Shown piece after piece: positions 48,843-61,358 of a stretch of DNA of 64,000 nt. Numbering within the stretch: position 1 is the first letter of the stretch; the number at the start of each line of letters is the position of its first letter. This DNA comes from Camelus dromedarius (taxonomy: Eukaryota): positions 108,812,001 to 108,876,000 of the forward strand of contig NC_087436.1 in the NCBI RefSeq assembly GCF_036321535.1, written 5' to 3'. The position numbers were made by a program, and so were the translations under genes. Under the pieces are notes generated by a model. It had not been told where the DNA came from. It did no database searches and saw nothing but the letters and a program-made list of their open reading frames with translations.

Positions 48843-48849
48843 TGTGTAA

Positions 48850-49190
48850 AGCAGTTCATTCATTTTCAATGACATATGATATTCTATTAACTGAGTATAC
48901 CACAACTGTTTATTCACCTTTCTCTCAATGCACATGACAGAAAGTTTCCAGTATTTTGCTCCTGTGATGTACATCTTTCTTGGTGCACATCAGTAAGACT
49001 GCATCTAGAATATCTGCCCAGGAAGAAAGATATGCTGGTTTATAGGGTTTGCAAATTTTACTTGGTAAGTTGGAGTGGTTTCCACAGAGCTAGTGGCAGC
49101 AAACAATCCAGCAGCAGAATCTAAATGTCCCTGTTGGGCCACATCCTCGCCAACACTGTTATTGTCCCCAAGACTTTATATTTTCTACAG
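48850..49190 (-). mobile_element. Ancient L1 (L1ME-like) fragment
   Basis: ttcattcattttc...atattctatt...tataccacaactgtttattcacc...ccagcagcag...ccacatcctcgccaacact. Confidence 0.65.
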
Positions 49191-49324
49191 GAATGTATAA
49201 ATTAAAATTATAAAATTAGTGGTCTGGAAGGACACACAGCAAACACAAAATGTTGGTTACCTCCTAAGAAGGGAAGAGAGGACCATAAATGGACTTTGGG
49301 ATAATGAAAGGTGATTAAAGACAT

Positions 49325-49513
49325 GAGAAAGGAAGAGATGGAGAAACAGAGAGGTAGTCCAGGAGGGAGGGAGGGGCAGAGGGAGAGGGGAAGGAGAAGG
49401 AAACGGACAGAAGGGAGGAGGGGAGGAAGGGAGCAGGCAGGGAGGGGAGGAGGGAGGAGAGAGAATGAGAGAGGGAAGATGAGGGGAAGAAAGAGAAAGA
49501 GAGGAAGAGAAGA
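49325..49513 (+). repeat. GA-rich purine tract
   Basis: About 190 nt of nearly pure A/G with many G3-G4 runs. Confidence 0.9.
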
Positions 49514-50361
49514 CAGTCCATGGTTCTCAGAAGAGACAGGGTACAAACTGATCAGCAATTGATCAGACCAGGAATCAGTTTGTACTCAGTCTCCTCAGCC
49601 ACCTGCAGGGGCCATGAAATGTCTGGCCACCCGATTTTTTCTCTCGTTCAGGAAGAAAGCTCTATGTTGGGCAGAGGTATGTTAATTCACTCTCTCCTGG
49701 TCTAATAAGCAAAACCCAGAGGAGGCCAGGAATTTCATTTCCCCAAAGGCATGAGATTTGTATAATGGATGGAGTGGACATCAGCGCAGCTGGGAAGGAT
49801 TCTCTGACGGCAAACCCTAGTCAGCTTCCTGTTTCCTTCCCCATCTCTGTAAAAAAAAAAATTGTATATTAATTAAAGTGGCCTGGGACACTGTGTGTGG
49901 AACTTGTAGGATGAGCATCATTGGCTATCTGGAAAGCTATGGGGAAATTTCTGTAAGCCTGTGAGACAGCCAAAATAGTTAGGTGACGTGCTGTCATCTA
50001 CAGCCTTCATTTTTCAAAATATGGGCAGTATCTACAGCTTTTCACAATGCCCACCATGCTTTCTAAATGAGCCACAAAATGACTTATTGAATCGTTAGTT
50101 CTCCAACTTGCAGAGTGTCTACGTCATCTGTATTTGATCATGTTTAGAGAGAGTGGGTGATATTACATTCCTGTATCCTGATAACATAGTCTTCAGGCTT
50201 TGGGCCATGAAACTGCCTCAGAGTTAAAAACTCCTGAGAAAGCTTGGAGCCTGGCACACAGGATGTACTTAATGAATGCATTCAGAAATTAATGGCTGAA
50301 TAAGTAAATTAATGAATATAAAGTAATGAACAAAAACTCTTTGGGTAGGATCCAAACCATG

Positions 50362-50942
50362 TGTATTAGTTTTCTACAGCTGCGTAACAAATTATCATAA
50401 ATGTAAGGGTTAAAAAATACCCACTTACTAATTGATGGTTGGGAGTTAAAAGTCCAGCACAGCACCACTGGGTTCTCTACCAAGGGAATCACAGAGCCAA
50501 AACCCAGATGTCTGCCTAGCTGGGTTATTTTCTGGAGACCCTGTGGGAAAATTCACTTCCAAGCTCATTCTTGCTTTTGTCAGATTGCAGTCCCTCAGGG
50601 CTGTATTACTGATTTCCTGTCTCCTTGCTGATGGACAAGCTAGGACTACTTTAAGTTCTTAGAAGACCGCATACATTCCTTGCCATCAAATCCCATCTGT
50701 CTTTAAGCCAGCAGTGGTGATTCAGATTTTTCTGCTTCCTATTTCAGGCTTATTCCTATTCGGTCAGCCAGAGAAAGCTCTCTGCTTTTATGTGATGCTC
50801 ATGTGATTAGGTCAGGCCCACTGCCTACTTTACAGGTTACAGGTCAACTGCACTGTATTGCATGTCCGAACCACAGAGTGAAGTCTATCAATTTCCCACG
50901 GTGTGTACACAAAGGGGTCACCTTAGAATTCTTTCTACCAAA
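50362..50942 (-). mobile_element. MaLR solo LTR, MLT1E-like, with both termini
   Basis: tgtattagttttctacagctgcgtaacaaatta...cttccaagctcatt...tcatgtgattaggtcaggcccac...cttagaattctttctacca. 5-bp TSD CCATG at 50357-50361 and 50943-50947. Confidence 0.88.
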
Positions 50943-51974
50943 CCATGATGACTGCTTCAGTGGACTTCAGGGTGCACTTCTCTGAAGACACAACTTGATA
51001 TTCCAAGTATGCTTGATTATTATGTTGGAAGACCTTAGGGTTCAAAACCAATCAATCATCTTGTTTTCCCTTTTTGGTTTTTTAAAATATAGTTTCTAAC
51101 CTTGCACCTGTGTACTTCTGAAATTGCTTCTATAGCAGAGAGAAAAATTCTATTACTTCCCTCCATTAAATGAGTGGAATACAAATGTAGACAAAAACAG
51201 AAAATACCCACTTGGAAAAATCCAGTGACACTTGAGCCCTTTTCAGTTGTGGCACTAAAACTGGATTTTTACATTCGTTGTAAGGGTTGGCAAAGGGAAA
51301 CATTATCGCAAAACAGAGACAACTAGGGTCAAAGGGCCTGCCCTCATTTCTTCTAAATTAGAACAATAGAACGTATCAAATGTCTTATTCAAGAGACACG
51401 GAAAATATAGATGGGCTGTTTATTTCAGAATTTTGCACCTGCACAAACTGCTGGGTTTTTGAACACCTATGTTATTAAAATAGCTATTTATTGAAAATTT
51501 TGGTATGTAGGAAATCAACTTATGATGCAATATGGATTATTTTCATCTATTATTAGTCACTGTACCTGTTTTATGCATATTATATATTCATAGAAAACCA
51601 TTTTTATTTGGGATCCTAAACTTCTGGGGGATTTATTTCTTAATTATTTCCATCTTTCTTGTTTACTCTACATCAAAAACTTCTCTCAAATTTGAGAAAA
51701 GAGGCATGCTGGCTTGAGTCACTGGATCAAGAATATATAAGCTCTGACTCAGAAAGACTGCATTATTGAGAATTATAATAGGAAATGAGTAAATTAAAAA
51801 ATTAAAATGGAAACCAGGACATAATTACTGACAGTAATGAAGCAAATCTTTTTAAGAATTGCTACACTATTTAGTGCTCAGGATTTTACACATATTTTCA
51901 CAGATCGATAGCCCCTTGATTGTCATCACCACACTATGAGTAATTATTGATGTCCATTTCACAGAAGATATAAG

Positions 51975-53095
51975 AACTTCTCTCATTTAATGATTCTTGT
52001 GTATTAATTTAGTAATTTTTTATTATTTAATTCTGTTTCCTTTTTTGTCTTCTTAGTGTATTAGTCAGGGTCCACCAGAAACAAGAACCAGTTGGATATG
52101 CATATATAGAGAGAGAGATTTATCTCAGGGAATTGGCTTATATGACTGTGAGGTTAGCAAGTCCAAATCTACAGGGTGGGCTGGCAGGCTGGAGATTCAG
52201 GGAAGAACCCAGAGGTAGTTTCCTGGCCCAATTCCCCCTTTGCTCAAGGGCAGTCGGTCTATTTCTTAAGGCTTTTAATTGATTGGATGACATCCTCTCA
52301 TATTATGTAAGAAAATCTTTACTCAAAGTTTACTGATTTAAAAATTAACCCCATTTTAAAGATACCTTCAAAGAAACATCTAGAATAGTGTTTATCAAGT
52401 ATCTGGGTTCTGTGGCCTAGCTAAGTTAAGACATAAAATTAACCATGACAAGTTACAAAATTTTATGATGTTGTTAGTAGTTCTGTGGTTTAGTGTTTGC
52501 TTTAGGATTTAAAGCCTGTATCTTTAACCCATCACAGTCTATCATCAAGTGATATTATTTTTCTTCACACATAATAAAAAAGATCTTACAACAGTAAACT
52601 TTCATTTCTCTGCTTTTGGCTTCTGTGCTGTTGTTTCTATACATTGTATTTTACATATAATATAACTTTAAAACATGGTTACTGATTTTGCTTCAAGCAA
52701 TTGATTATCTTTTAAAGATATTTAAAATAAAGAAGTTTTTTTATTTATCCATATAGTTACCACTCTCATTACTCTTCATTCTTTATGTAGAACCAAATTT
52801 CTATTGATTTCATTTTTCTTCTGTTTGACTGACGTCCCTCAACAGTTCTTACAGCGCAGGTATACTGCTGCTCATGTCTTTCCACACTTACTGTCTAAAA
52901 ATGTCTTTATTTTGCCTGTGTTTTTGAAAGAGACTTTCACTGGGTAAAAAACTCTAAGTTGACATTTTTTCTTCTTTCGGGAGTTTAAGGATTTTGCTCT
53001 ATTGTTTTCTACCTTGCATTGTTTATGATGAGATGTCTGCTGCCATTCTTGCAGTCATTCCTGCGAATATAACATGACTTTTTCCCTCTGGCTCC
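51975..53095 (-). mobile_element. Ancient L1 (L1M) internal fragment, interrupted by MLT2
   Basis: tgtctaaaaatgtctttattttgcc...tttttgaaaga...ttcactgggta...actctaagttgaca...tgatgagatgtctgctgccattctt. Confidence 0.65.
52057..52450 (-). mobile_element. ERVL LTR, MLT2B/C-like
   Basis: tgtattagtcagggtccaccagaaac...ggaattggctta...gattggatga...aaacatctagaatagtgttt...gacataaaattaaccatgaca. Confidence 0.88.
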
Positions 53096-54070
53096 AAATC
53101 TTTCTTCATTTTAAGAATCTTTTACAAACAGAAGAGTTGAGAATGAGGTAGATTTAGTTTGCCATCCAGTAAGTTCTGGCCTCTCTTTCCTCTCTCTCTG
53201 AATTCTGCTTGCAAAATAAATTATGTTTATTTGGCTGATCTCTCTCTCTTTCCTTTCCTTTTTTTTTTTTTTTTTTTGTGTTAAGCAGCTAAAAGCATCT
53301 AAATGGCACTTATAATATGTTTCCTGTAAACCAGCTTACCAAGCTGCATGTTCATTAGAGCACTGCCTGTCCTCCAAGGTACTGCAGGTGACATTTCTCT
53401 CATTTTTTCATCAGCTAAAGTGGTTTTCTTATTACTTTTCAGCTCCTGTTAACAGTTTGTTCACTATATTTCCAAATTCTTCTATTTCTTCATGGCTTTC
53501 CCACCTTCCACCTTTAACCTAATCCAAAAGAAAATGTCGTATAATTTGTTCTGTTGCAGCAGCTCCCCACTTCTAGGTGCCACTTCGTACATGCTAGTTT
53601 TTGCTGGGTAACATGCAGATCTCCTAAGAGCAAACCTCAGTGCATGAGTGCTTTTCAAGCAGAAAAGTACAGCAACTTTGTGACTGGCCAAACCAAGGCA
53701 CATGGCCAAGTCAACACAGATGTGAAAGGGACTTCTAAAAGGCATGGATTTAGGAAGAAGAGGGATTCGTGGTCATTTTTTAAAATCTAATTACTTATGG
53801 TTAATGCAGCTTTGAAGTCATACAGATGTTTTTCTGCATCACCTTAAAAATTTGTTTTGCTTTTATCTTTAATATATTTCTTTAATGTAAAGGTGTTTGT
53901 TTCTTTGTTTCTCTTATAGTTGTTGCCTAAGACAGATTTTAAATACATGAACTCTGGATCAATTAGAGATTTCTTAGACTATAGCAATGGTACAAACATA
54001 ACAAAATGTTGGTAATATTTACTGACAAATGTGATTCCTGAGCTACTGTAGTACTGTTTTAGCAAAAGAG

Positions 54071-54433
54071 TTTTATTTTTTAATTGATAGAACAGTTTAT
54101 AATTATATAAGTTTCAGGCACACAACATTGTATCTCTAGCTCTGTATACACTACAGCATGCTCACCACCAAAAACTTAGTTTCCATCCATCACCATACAG
54201 TTGATCTCTTTACTCATTTTGCTCTGCCCCCATCTTTCCACTCTGGTAACCACTACTCTGTTCTCTGCATCTATAAGTTTGTTTTTATTTGGTTTGCTTT
54301 GTTCATTTTTTGTTTGTGTTTTTTTATATTCCATGTATGAGTGAAAACATACGGTATTTACCTTTCTCTGCCTGACTTATTTCATTTAGCATAATACCCT
54401 CAGGGTCCATTTATGGTGTCGCAGATGGCAATA
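54071..54433 (-). mobile_element. 5'-truncated L1 3' end
   Basis: ataagtttcaggcacacaac...tggtaaccactactctgttctctg...ccatgtatgagtgaaaacatacggtattt...tgacttatttcatttagcataataccctc. Confidence 0.88.
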
Positions 54434-55459
54434 TGTTTAATATGAGGAAAGAAATCTTGTTATGCATTCTCAGAGAGATGGGAGTGAGAGGAAGGGAGGC
54501 CCCTTTCCTCTTTTTTTCACCCTGGGCAACAGCTTTACAATTGGAATAGACAAAATCTGCCTACTTAGTCTAGGCAGATAACATATGTGGAAGTTTTGCT
54601 TGCTTGTTTGTTTAACTTAGAAATTTAATATGAAAACAAATGGATTCTTTGAGAAGGACTAAATGCACACTAGGGAAGGAGGCCTTAATGAATGGCTTTT
54701 TATCCATTAACTGAAGTCTTTATAGAAACAAAGTATTTTACTCAATGATCAGAGTATTCTCACATCAACTCCCTCTTCCTCCTCACTATGGAACTCATAA
54801 TTTAAACTCTTAGAAATGCATTTTGTGTGGCTGAGGAAATATATTTTTCCATTTGTTTGCTCTGAGTTCACCAAGTGCTTACTGGATTTATCTTCTGGTA
54901 TCTCCTTCTCCTCTTTTTGATAGTGACACTGGGATATTTCTTTTTTTTTTTTTTTTTTAAATCAGAGCCTTATGCCATTTGCTAAAGATTCATAGCCTTT
55001 GCTTATGCACTTATTCAAAGTCCTCTGTGAGTCTAGACTACGTATAACTACATTGTTTCGGAGCCTTTGCTTTCCCTTAACCTCTTCTATGAGATGTTGA
55101 ACTCCAGCGTGATCTCCTGTGCTGGCACTGTCTTCTCTGTCTGTTTTCTCAGAGCTGAGCTTCCACCAGAGGACATAAGTCCCATGTGTTCTGTGCTCAT
55201 CTCCCACCGTGTACTACAGCAATAGATTGAGTGCAAATCTGATCCTTTTGGTGGAAAGACTAGTTTGTTGAGACCCAAGATAGTCCTCATTACACAGAAA
55301 AATAGCAATTGTAACATGTATTGGGTAATTTTTTTTAAGTATTTTGTCTGATATATTTCAGGGTTTTATTTTTAATATAACAAGTCCATTGTCATGTGGA
55401 TTATATCTTCATGCACTTATATGTACATCTCTTCTCTTGTCTCTTGTAGTTTATGACTC

Positions 55460-55690
55460 CTTCATTAATTCATTCAAAATATGTACTAGTCTGTTGCTTG
55501 TTAAGGACTATATACCTCTAGGAAGACAGAGTTAACATGATTCAAAAAAGTTCCTTTCCCTACAGAGCTTACAATCTAGTGAGCTATACATATACAAGTA
55601 AATGAGCTATCACAATGCCAAGTGAGAGTGTTTAAGGGAAAAAATAAATCCTATGGAAGGAAGTATGTAGTAAAATCCTTACAGTTAAGG
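55460..55690 (-). mobile_element. L2 3' end
   Basis: ttcattaattcattcaaaatatgtact...gttcctttccctacagagcttacaatctagtg. Confidence 0.7.
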
Positions 55691-56559
55691 GAGAAAAACC
55701 ATTACAGAGTAGCCCATTTTAATATTTAATCAGATACTAAAATCTTAAGTAAGAAAGTATGATACTCAGACAGTTATCTCAAAGCCACTTTTAAAAGAAA
55801 AGAAATACAACCCAAGTGAGAATTTCTATTAAAAACAAACTATGTTGGGAACAAAAGTAAATGATTTTTAAACAATTTTAACATTGTAAACTTAAAGTCA
55901 TCAAACTACTGATGGCCGAAATGCTCAAAAAGCAATAAAATGTTCTCATTGATTCAACAGGGTTAAAATTTGGTTAGCAAATTAATCAGTACATAATTGC
56001 CTTACACTAATAATAAGTGCACTGAGAAATGCCTGTACATCTCAATATATAGTTATCTACCTTCATTTCAAAAGGGGTTTTCACTGGACACTTCTTAAAT
56101 GGTTCTATAAATAAAATCAATACAGTCCAAGCAGGAGAAAAATTCTAAAAAGAAAATTAAATTGCAGGCAGAAAAGAAAATCTTTAAAAACATCAGAAAT
56201 ATAATACAGTATTCAATACTTGTATATAGTCTTTTAAGACAGCAACTCCAAATTGCTCAAATAAACTATTGTCATCTGAATAAAACTGTCTAAAATATAA
56301 GTTGCTAGTAGCAATAGATTGGGAGATGTAAGCATTTGAAATGGAATTTATAGATGTAAATTCCATTTTTAGTATGAACATGAAAACTTCCTCTCCAGAT
56401 ACAAAATGGGAGAGGGGGCTAGATACTACAGTTTGACCATTTCCAGTACATACCTCTAAACTGCCTCCCTATATATGTTAACATTTCCAAAGGACCTCTT
56501 TGCCAACTGCACAATAGGCAATCTCTAGAACAGAGCCCCTTAACAGTTGAGTCCTAAGC

Positions 56560-56820
56560 AGAATTTATGACTATGAATAACTCTTCATAAAAACAACTCA
56601 CGTGGGCATAGCATCTTACATCTTGCAAAATTTTTCTACTTCTTTTCGGCCACCCTGTCTGGTAAATAGTGGGTGTATTATTAGACCCACCTTAGCTTGA
56701 GAAAACAGATGCCACAAAATAAAGGAATTGTCCAATGACATGTAATAGGTAGAAAAAGATAAAGGACTATAATTTAGGTCCCCTGACTTCTAGCCCAAAA
56801 TTGTTGCTTTCCACCCCATG
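56560..56820 (-). mobile_element. MIR SINE
   Basis: tattattagacccacctta...tgagaaaacagatgccaca...ttgtccaatgacatg...aggtcccctgacttctagccca. Confidence 0.6.
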
Positions 56821-57839
56821 GTACCTCTTCTTGCAACCCGTTCATAACTTCCAGTCTAAAAAAAAGAACACTTGCAAGAAATTGCCAATGACCAGACATT
56901 AGAAACCCACGGTGTAAATTCTAAAGGAACAAGAAATAATCTTTTTTGTGACTTTCATAAGGGAACATGATGGAAACTTACCAACATAAGTTTGTTGATA
57001 GTGAAGATGATTTTATTCTTTTTATAATAACATATTTATCCGTTTCTAACTTTAAAAAACTAATTCATGTTCATTATAGAAAGATTGAAAAATATAAAAA
57101 ACTACAATGAAGAAAATTAGAAATCACTAATTACATTCTATCTTTTATTGTGATTTTCTTTGAAAGACCAGCCAAAGTCTTGGCATTTTTATCAAACTCA
57201 CATTAAATAAATAAAATCGTATTATCCTCATTGTGCTCTGAAATTATCTCACTCAACTTCAGATCAAGGTATCTTGAGAATTGTTCATATTATCAAATCA
57301 ACTTCCAATGACCTGAGTGAATTGCCAGATGTATCAGCAGAGATCATTTCAGATAATTGTTCTTGGACAGTGTTGCCTTTCATCTGGGAAAGCAAATACC
57401 AGCTTCCTAAGTGGTTTCCACACAACTCTGATAAGTGAGTGTATCATAAATCCATTCCCAAGGTTGACATCAATGGTCCAAGAAGCCTGGTATCAGAAAG
57501 CAAAGTAGGAAAGTGCTGGCCGTTATCTGTAGAGGAATCAGTATGCATTTATCCAGCTAAGAGCTGGTCTCGCCTGTGTCTCCAACTTCATGAACTGATA
57601 CCAGCCTTGCTCATGCTCCCTGCCTTACTTCATCCTCTTCCCCCATCCTAGTCCTTTTCTGGTGTAAGACACTTTTCTAGCTCTGCCTTACAGTTGAAAA
57701 AAGGATTAGGAGAGGAGTCCAGCGGTGCTTCCTCTCTACCAAGCCTATCTCTTCCTAATGATACACATTTCCAGAGGCCGCGGGGCAAGAGGTGGGAAAC
57801 TTGCAAGAAACACTGTTTGCCTTTTTGGTGGTAGTTCTC

Positions 57840-58160
57840 CATCCCTGAATGCCCTTCCCTTATTCAAAATCTGGTGAATTCCTAACAAACCTTAAGGCAT
57901 TTTTTCCCCTACAAACCCTTCTCAACCTTCCAGCTCTTAATCCTCTCCTCCCCATTAAAGTGATCGTTCCTTCTATGATGAACCATAACACACACGTTTT
58001 TATAATCATTTATCACACTGTTTTATAATCATTTACTTGTGCATCTTTCCTCTCCACTGGATTACGAGTCCATTAAGAGAAGAGTGTGTCTTTACTCATT
58101 TTTATATCCCAGCATAGGCACCCTACACATTGAATAACTTTGTGTGGGATAAATGATTGT
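57840..58160 (+). mobile_element. L2 3' end
   Basis: cctgaatgcccttccc...atttacttgtgcatctttcctctccactggattacgagtcc...gtgtctttactcatttttatatcccagca. Confidence 0.7.
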
Positions 58161-60024
58161 GTAACAAAAGAATCAGAGAAAGAAGGGAAGAAAGTAGGAA
58201 AAATAAAGGAGAGAAGAAAGGAAGAAGAAAAGGAAAGAGGACTTTTTCCTTAATAATTCAAAGTACTTCTACAGTGAGAGTTCCAACCTTGCAGAACAAG
58301 TCATTCTAAATTTGACTACTCAGTCTAATAACCATAGACATAAAAGAATATTATTTCCCATCGTGACTTGTTCAGCTGAAGAAGAATATAAGAGGATTTT
58401 AAACCTGACAGCCTTGTATTTCTCCATTGATTTCTTTTACAGGCATGCATGGTTTAGTGGAACCATCATAGGCTGAGAATGATAATAAGAGGGTTTTATT
58501 CCTACTCTGTCAAAATATATGACCCTGAATAGATCATTTGGCATCCCAAGTCTCAGGTTGCCCAGATGAAAAAGAAGACACTTGAACACAATGAGCCCTT
58601 CTAACTCCAGCAAACTAATGTTCTGGAAATAATTATCAGTTATTTAGACATCACCTGGACAGGAATTAGGAATTCTATTTCGGGGTGACTGAAATAAAAA
58701 TAATGAAAACATTTAAGAGAGAGACTTTTGTACTGTTTTAGGACACAAGTGTTTGAATGGGAGATTTATCACTTACTAAATGCAAAGAGTGAAGAGATAA
58801 TTACTATGATGATGACGAAGTCTTGGAGTGTCCCCTGAAATGCACGACAGGATGAGAAGTGGGAGCTCAGCCTGTCCTTTTCACATCTGTGTCACCCCAG
58901 TGCCTAGCCCAGTGCCAGATAAATGGCAGTGACTCAAAAAAAAAAAAAAAGTGTCAATGGAATAGATTATTTCTGGCTTCCAAATAGTAACACTCAGACT
59001 CTTTTAATAATGTAAGGAATTAAGGAGTATCTAAATTTCAGTTACTGCAGAATATTATTTTTATATAATCTTCAGTGTTTATTCATGTTGACACACTGGA
59101 CTTCTGTATGCCCAATTCATGGTAGACCTGGAGCTTTCAGTTCAGTGTTCTACCACACTGCTTCTCAAAGAAGTTCATCATATAATGTAATTATTAGGTC
59201 ACAACAGGAAGTCAATTCCAATTGTTTGCATTATTCATTTCTATGTGCCGGGCTTAAAGTAGGGGTTACAGTAGAAATTTGTGAATAGATTTGATTTGAA
59301 TGAAAAAGAACAACTGTGATACTGAAATTTAAATTTTCCAGTGTTCTTGTAGATTAGTTTTGTTTTACTGTGTTTTTGTTTTTGTTTTTTGGCACTGTCT
59401 CAGCATCCTGCTGGTTTTTGAAATAATTCTCTGAAGCTCAAACCCTTCTGTTAGAGAAAATAAAGTTCATAAAATAAACTAATATATCATTTCTAGTGCC
59501 TGGGGTCAGAGATTGAAATAATAACTGAGAAAAATATGAACTCTCCCTCACTCATCTGATTGTTATCTCCTGAAGCACCGAAATACACTAACAAGAGAAA
59601 CAGGGGACTACAATTATTCCTTCGTAGCCATCCTATAAAGAACAAAAAGCAGGGAGAGAAATACCATCCTGGTATAGATTAGGATAATTTGGAGTGTATG
59701 TAATAAAAACTAATTCTGCATAATTTTTACGACAGTATTTTTAGAACAGTTTAAGGTTCACAACAAAATTGAAAGGAAGGTACAGAAATTCCCCATATAT
59801 CCTGACCCTACACCTGCACGCAGCCTCCTCCATTACCAGCATCGTTCACAAAAGTGGTACATTTGTTACAAAGGATGAACCTGCATTAACACATCACAAT
59901 CACCCAAAGTCCACTGTTTATTTCAGGGTTCACTTTTGGTATTATATATTCTATAGGTTTGGTCAAACATGTAATAACATATATCCATTGTTATAATATC
60001 ATACAGAATATTTTCGCAGCCCTA

Positions 60025-60996
60025 AAAATTCTGTGTTCTGCCTATATATCCACTACCCACCCTCACCTCTGGCATCACTGATTATTAATTTGCATTTCCC
60101 TGGTGACACATAGTGTGGGCTTTGTTTATATGCTCATTTGCCGTCTGTATATCTTCTTCAGTGAAGTGTCTGTTAAGGTATTTGGTCCATTTTTTAATCA
60201 GACTGTTTTCTTATTGTTGAGTTTTAAAGATTCTTGGTATATTTTAGGTAACTGTCCTTTTACAAACGTACATTTCACAATTTTTTCTCCCAGCTGGTGG
60301 TTTGTCTTCTAATGCTTTTGACATTGTCTTTTATTTTACTGAAGTCCAGCTTATCAATTATTTCTTGTATAGATTATGTCTTTGGTGTTGCATCTAAAAA
60401 GACTTCACCATACTCAAGGTCTTCTAGGTTTTGGCCAATATTTTTCAGTTTTGTGTTTCACATTTAGGTCTATAATCCATTTTGAATTAGCTTTTGTGAA
60501 GGGTTTAATGTCTGTGTCTAGATTCATTTTTTTAAGTGTATGTCCAGTTTTCACAGTAATATTTGTTGAAGAGATTATCTTTGCTCCATTGTCATTCAGC
60601 GATTGTGTTTCTTGGTATTTACCCAATGGAGCTGAATAGTGGTGTCTGCACAAAGGCCTGCATACAATGTTTATAGTAGCCTTATTCATAATTGCCAAAA
60701 CTTGGAAGCAACAGAGACGTCCTTCAGTAGGTGAACAGATAAATAAACTGGGGTATTTCCAGACAATGGGATATCATTCAACACTAAAAATAAATCATCT
60801 GTCAAGCCATGAAAAGACATGAGGGAAACTTAAATGCAAATTACTAAGTGAAAGAAGCCAATCTAAGAAGGCTACACATTGTGTGGCTTGAGCTATATGA
60901 CATTTTGAAAAAGGCAAAACTACAGAGATAGTAAAATAATCAGTGATGCCAGAGGTGAGGGTGGGTAGTGGATATATAGGCAGAACACAGAATTTT
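60025..60996. repeat. Perfect 62-bp inverted repeat, arms 60025-60086 and 60935-60996
   Basis: Block-by-block reverse-complement comparison gives 62/62. Confidence 0.95.
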
Positions 60997-61001
60997 CTCT
61001 T

Positions 61002-61358
61002 ATATTGTCAAGATGTCAATTCTTTCTAACTTTGCTTCTTGTCAAAGATCAGTGGACTGTATTACGTGGGCCTATTTCTGGGCTAACAATTCTATTCTGT
61101 TGGTCTATTTGTTTTTTCCTTCACCAACCCAACACTGCTTTGATAACTGTAGCTTCATACCAAGTTCTTGAGGTAGGGTGGTAGCAGTCCTCCAACTTCG
61201 TTCTTTTCCTTCCTGTTGGTTGTTCTGGGTCTTCTGTCTTTCCATCTAAACTTTTGAATCAATTTGTCAATATTCATAAAATAACCTTGCTGGGATTTTG
61301 ATTGGGATTACATTCAATCTATAGATCAAGTTAGAAAGAATTGACATCTTGACAATAT
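61002..61358. repeat. Perfect 31-bp inverted repeat, arms 61002-61032 and 61328-61358
   Basis: atattgtcaagatgtcaattctttctaactt versus aagttagaaagaattgacatcttgacaatat, 31/31. Confidence 0.95.

Noticed and set aside
57998..58035. Short duplication of ttttataatcattta; similar small duplications near 37541-37581 and 18849-18870
   Set aside because: Ordinary slippage duplications in AT-rich or repeat DNA.
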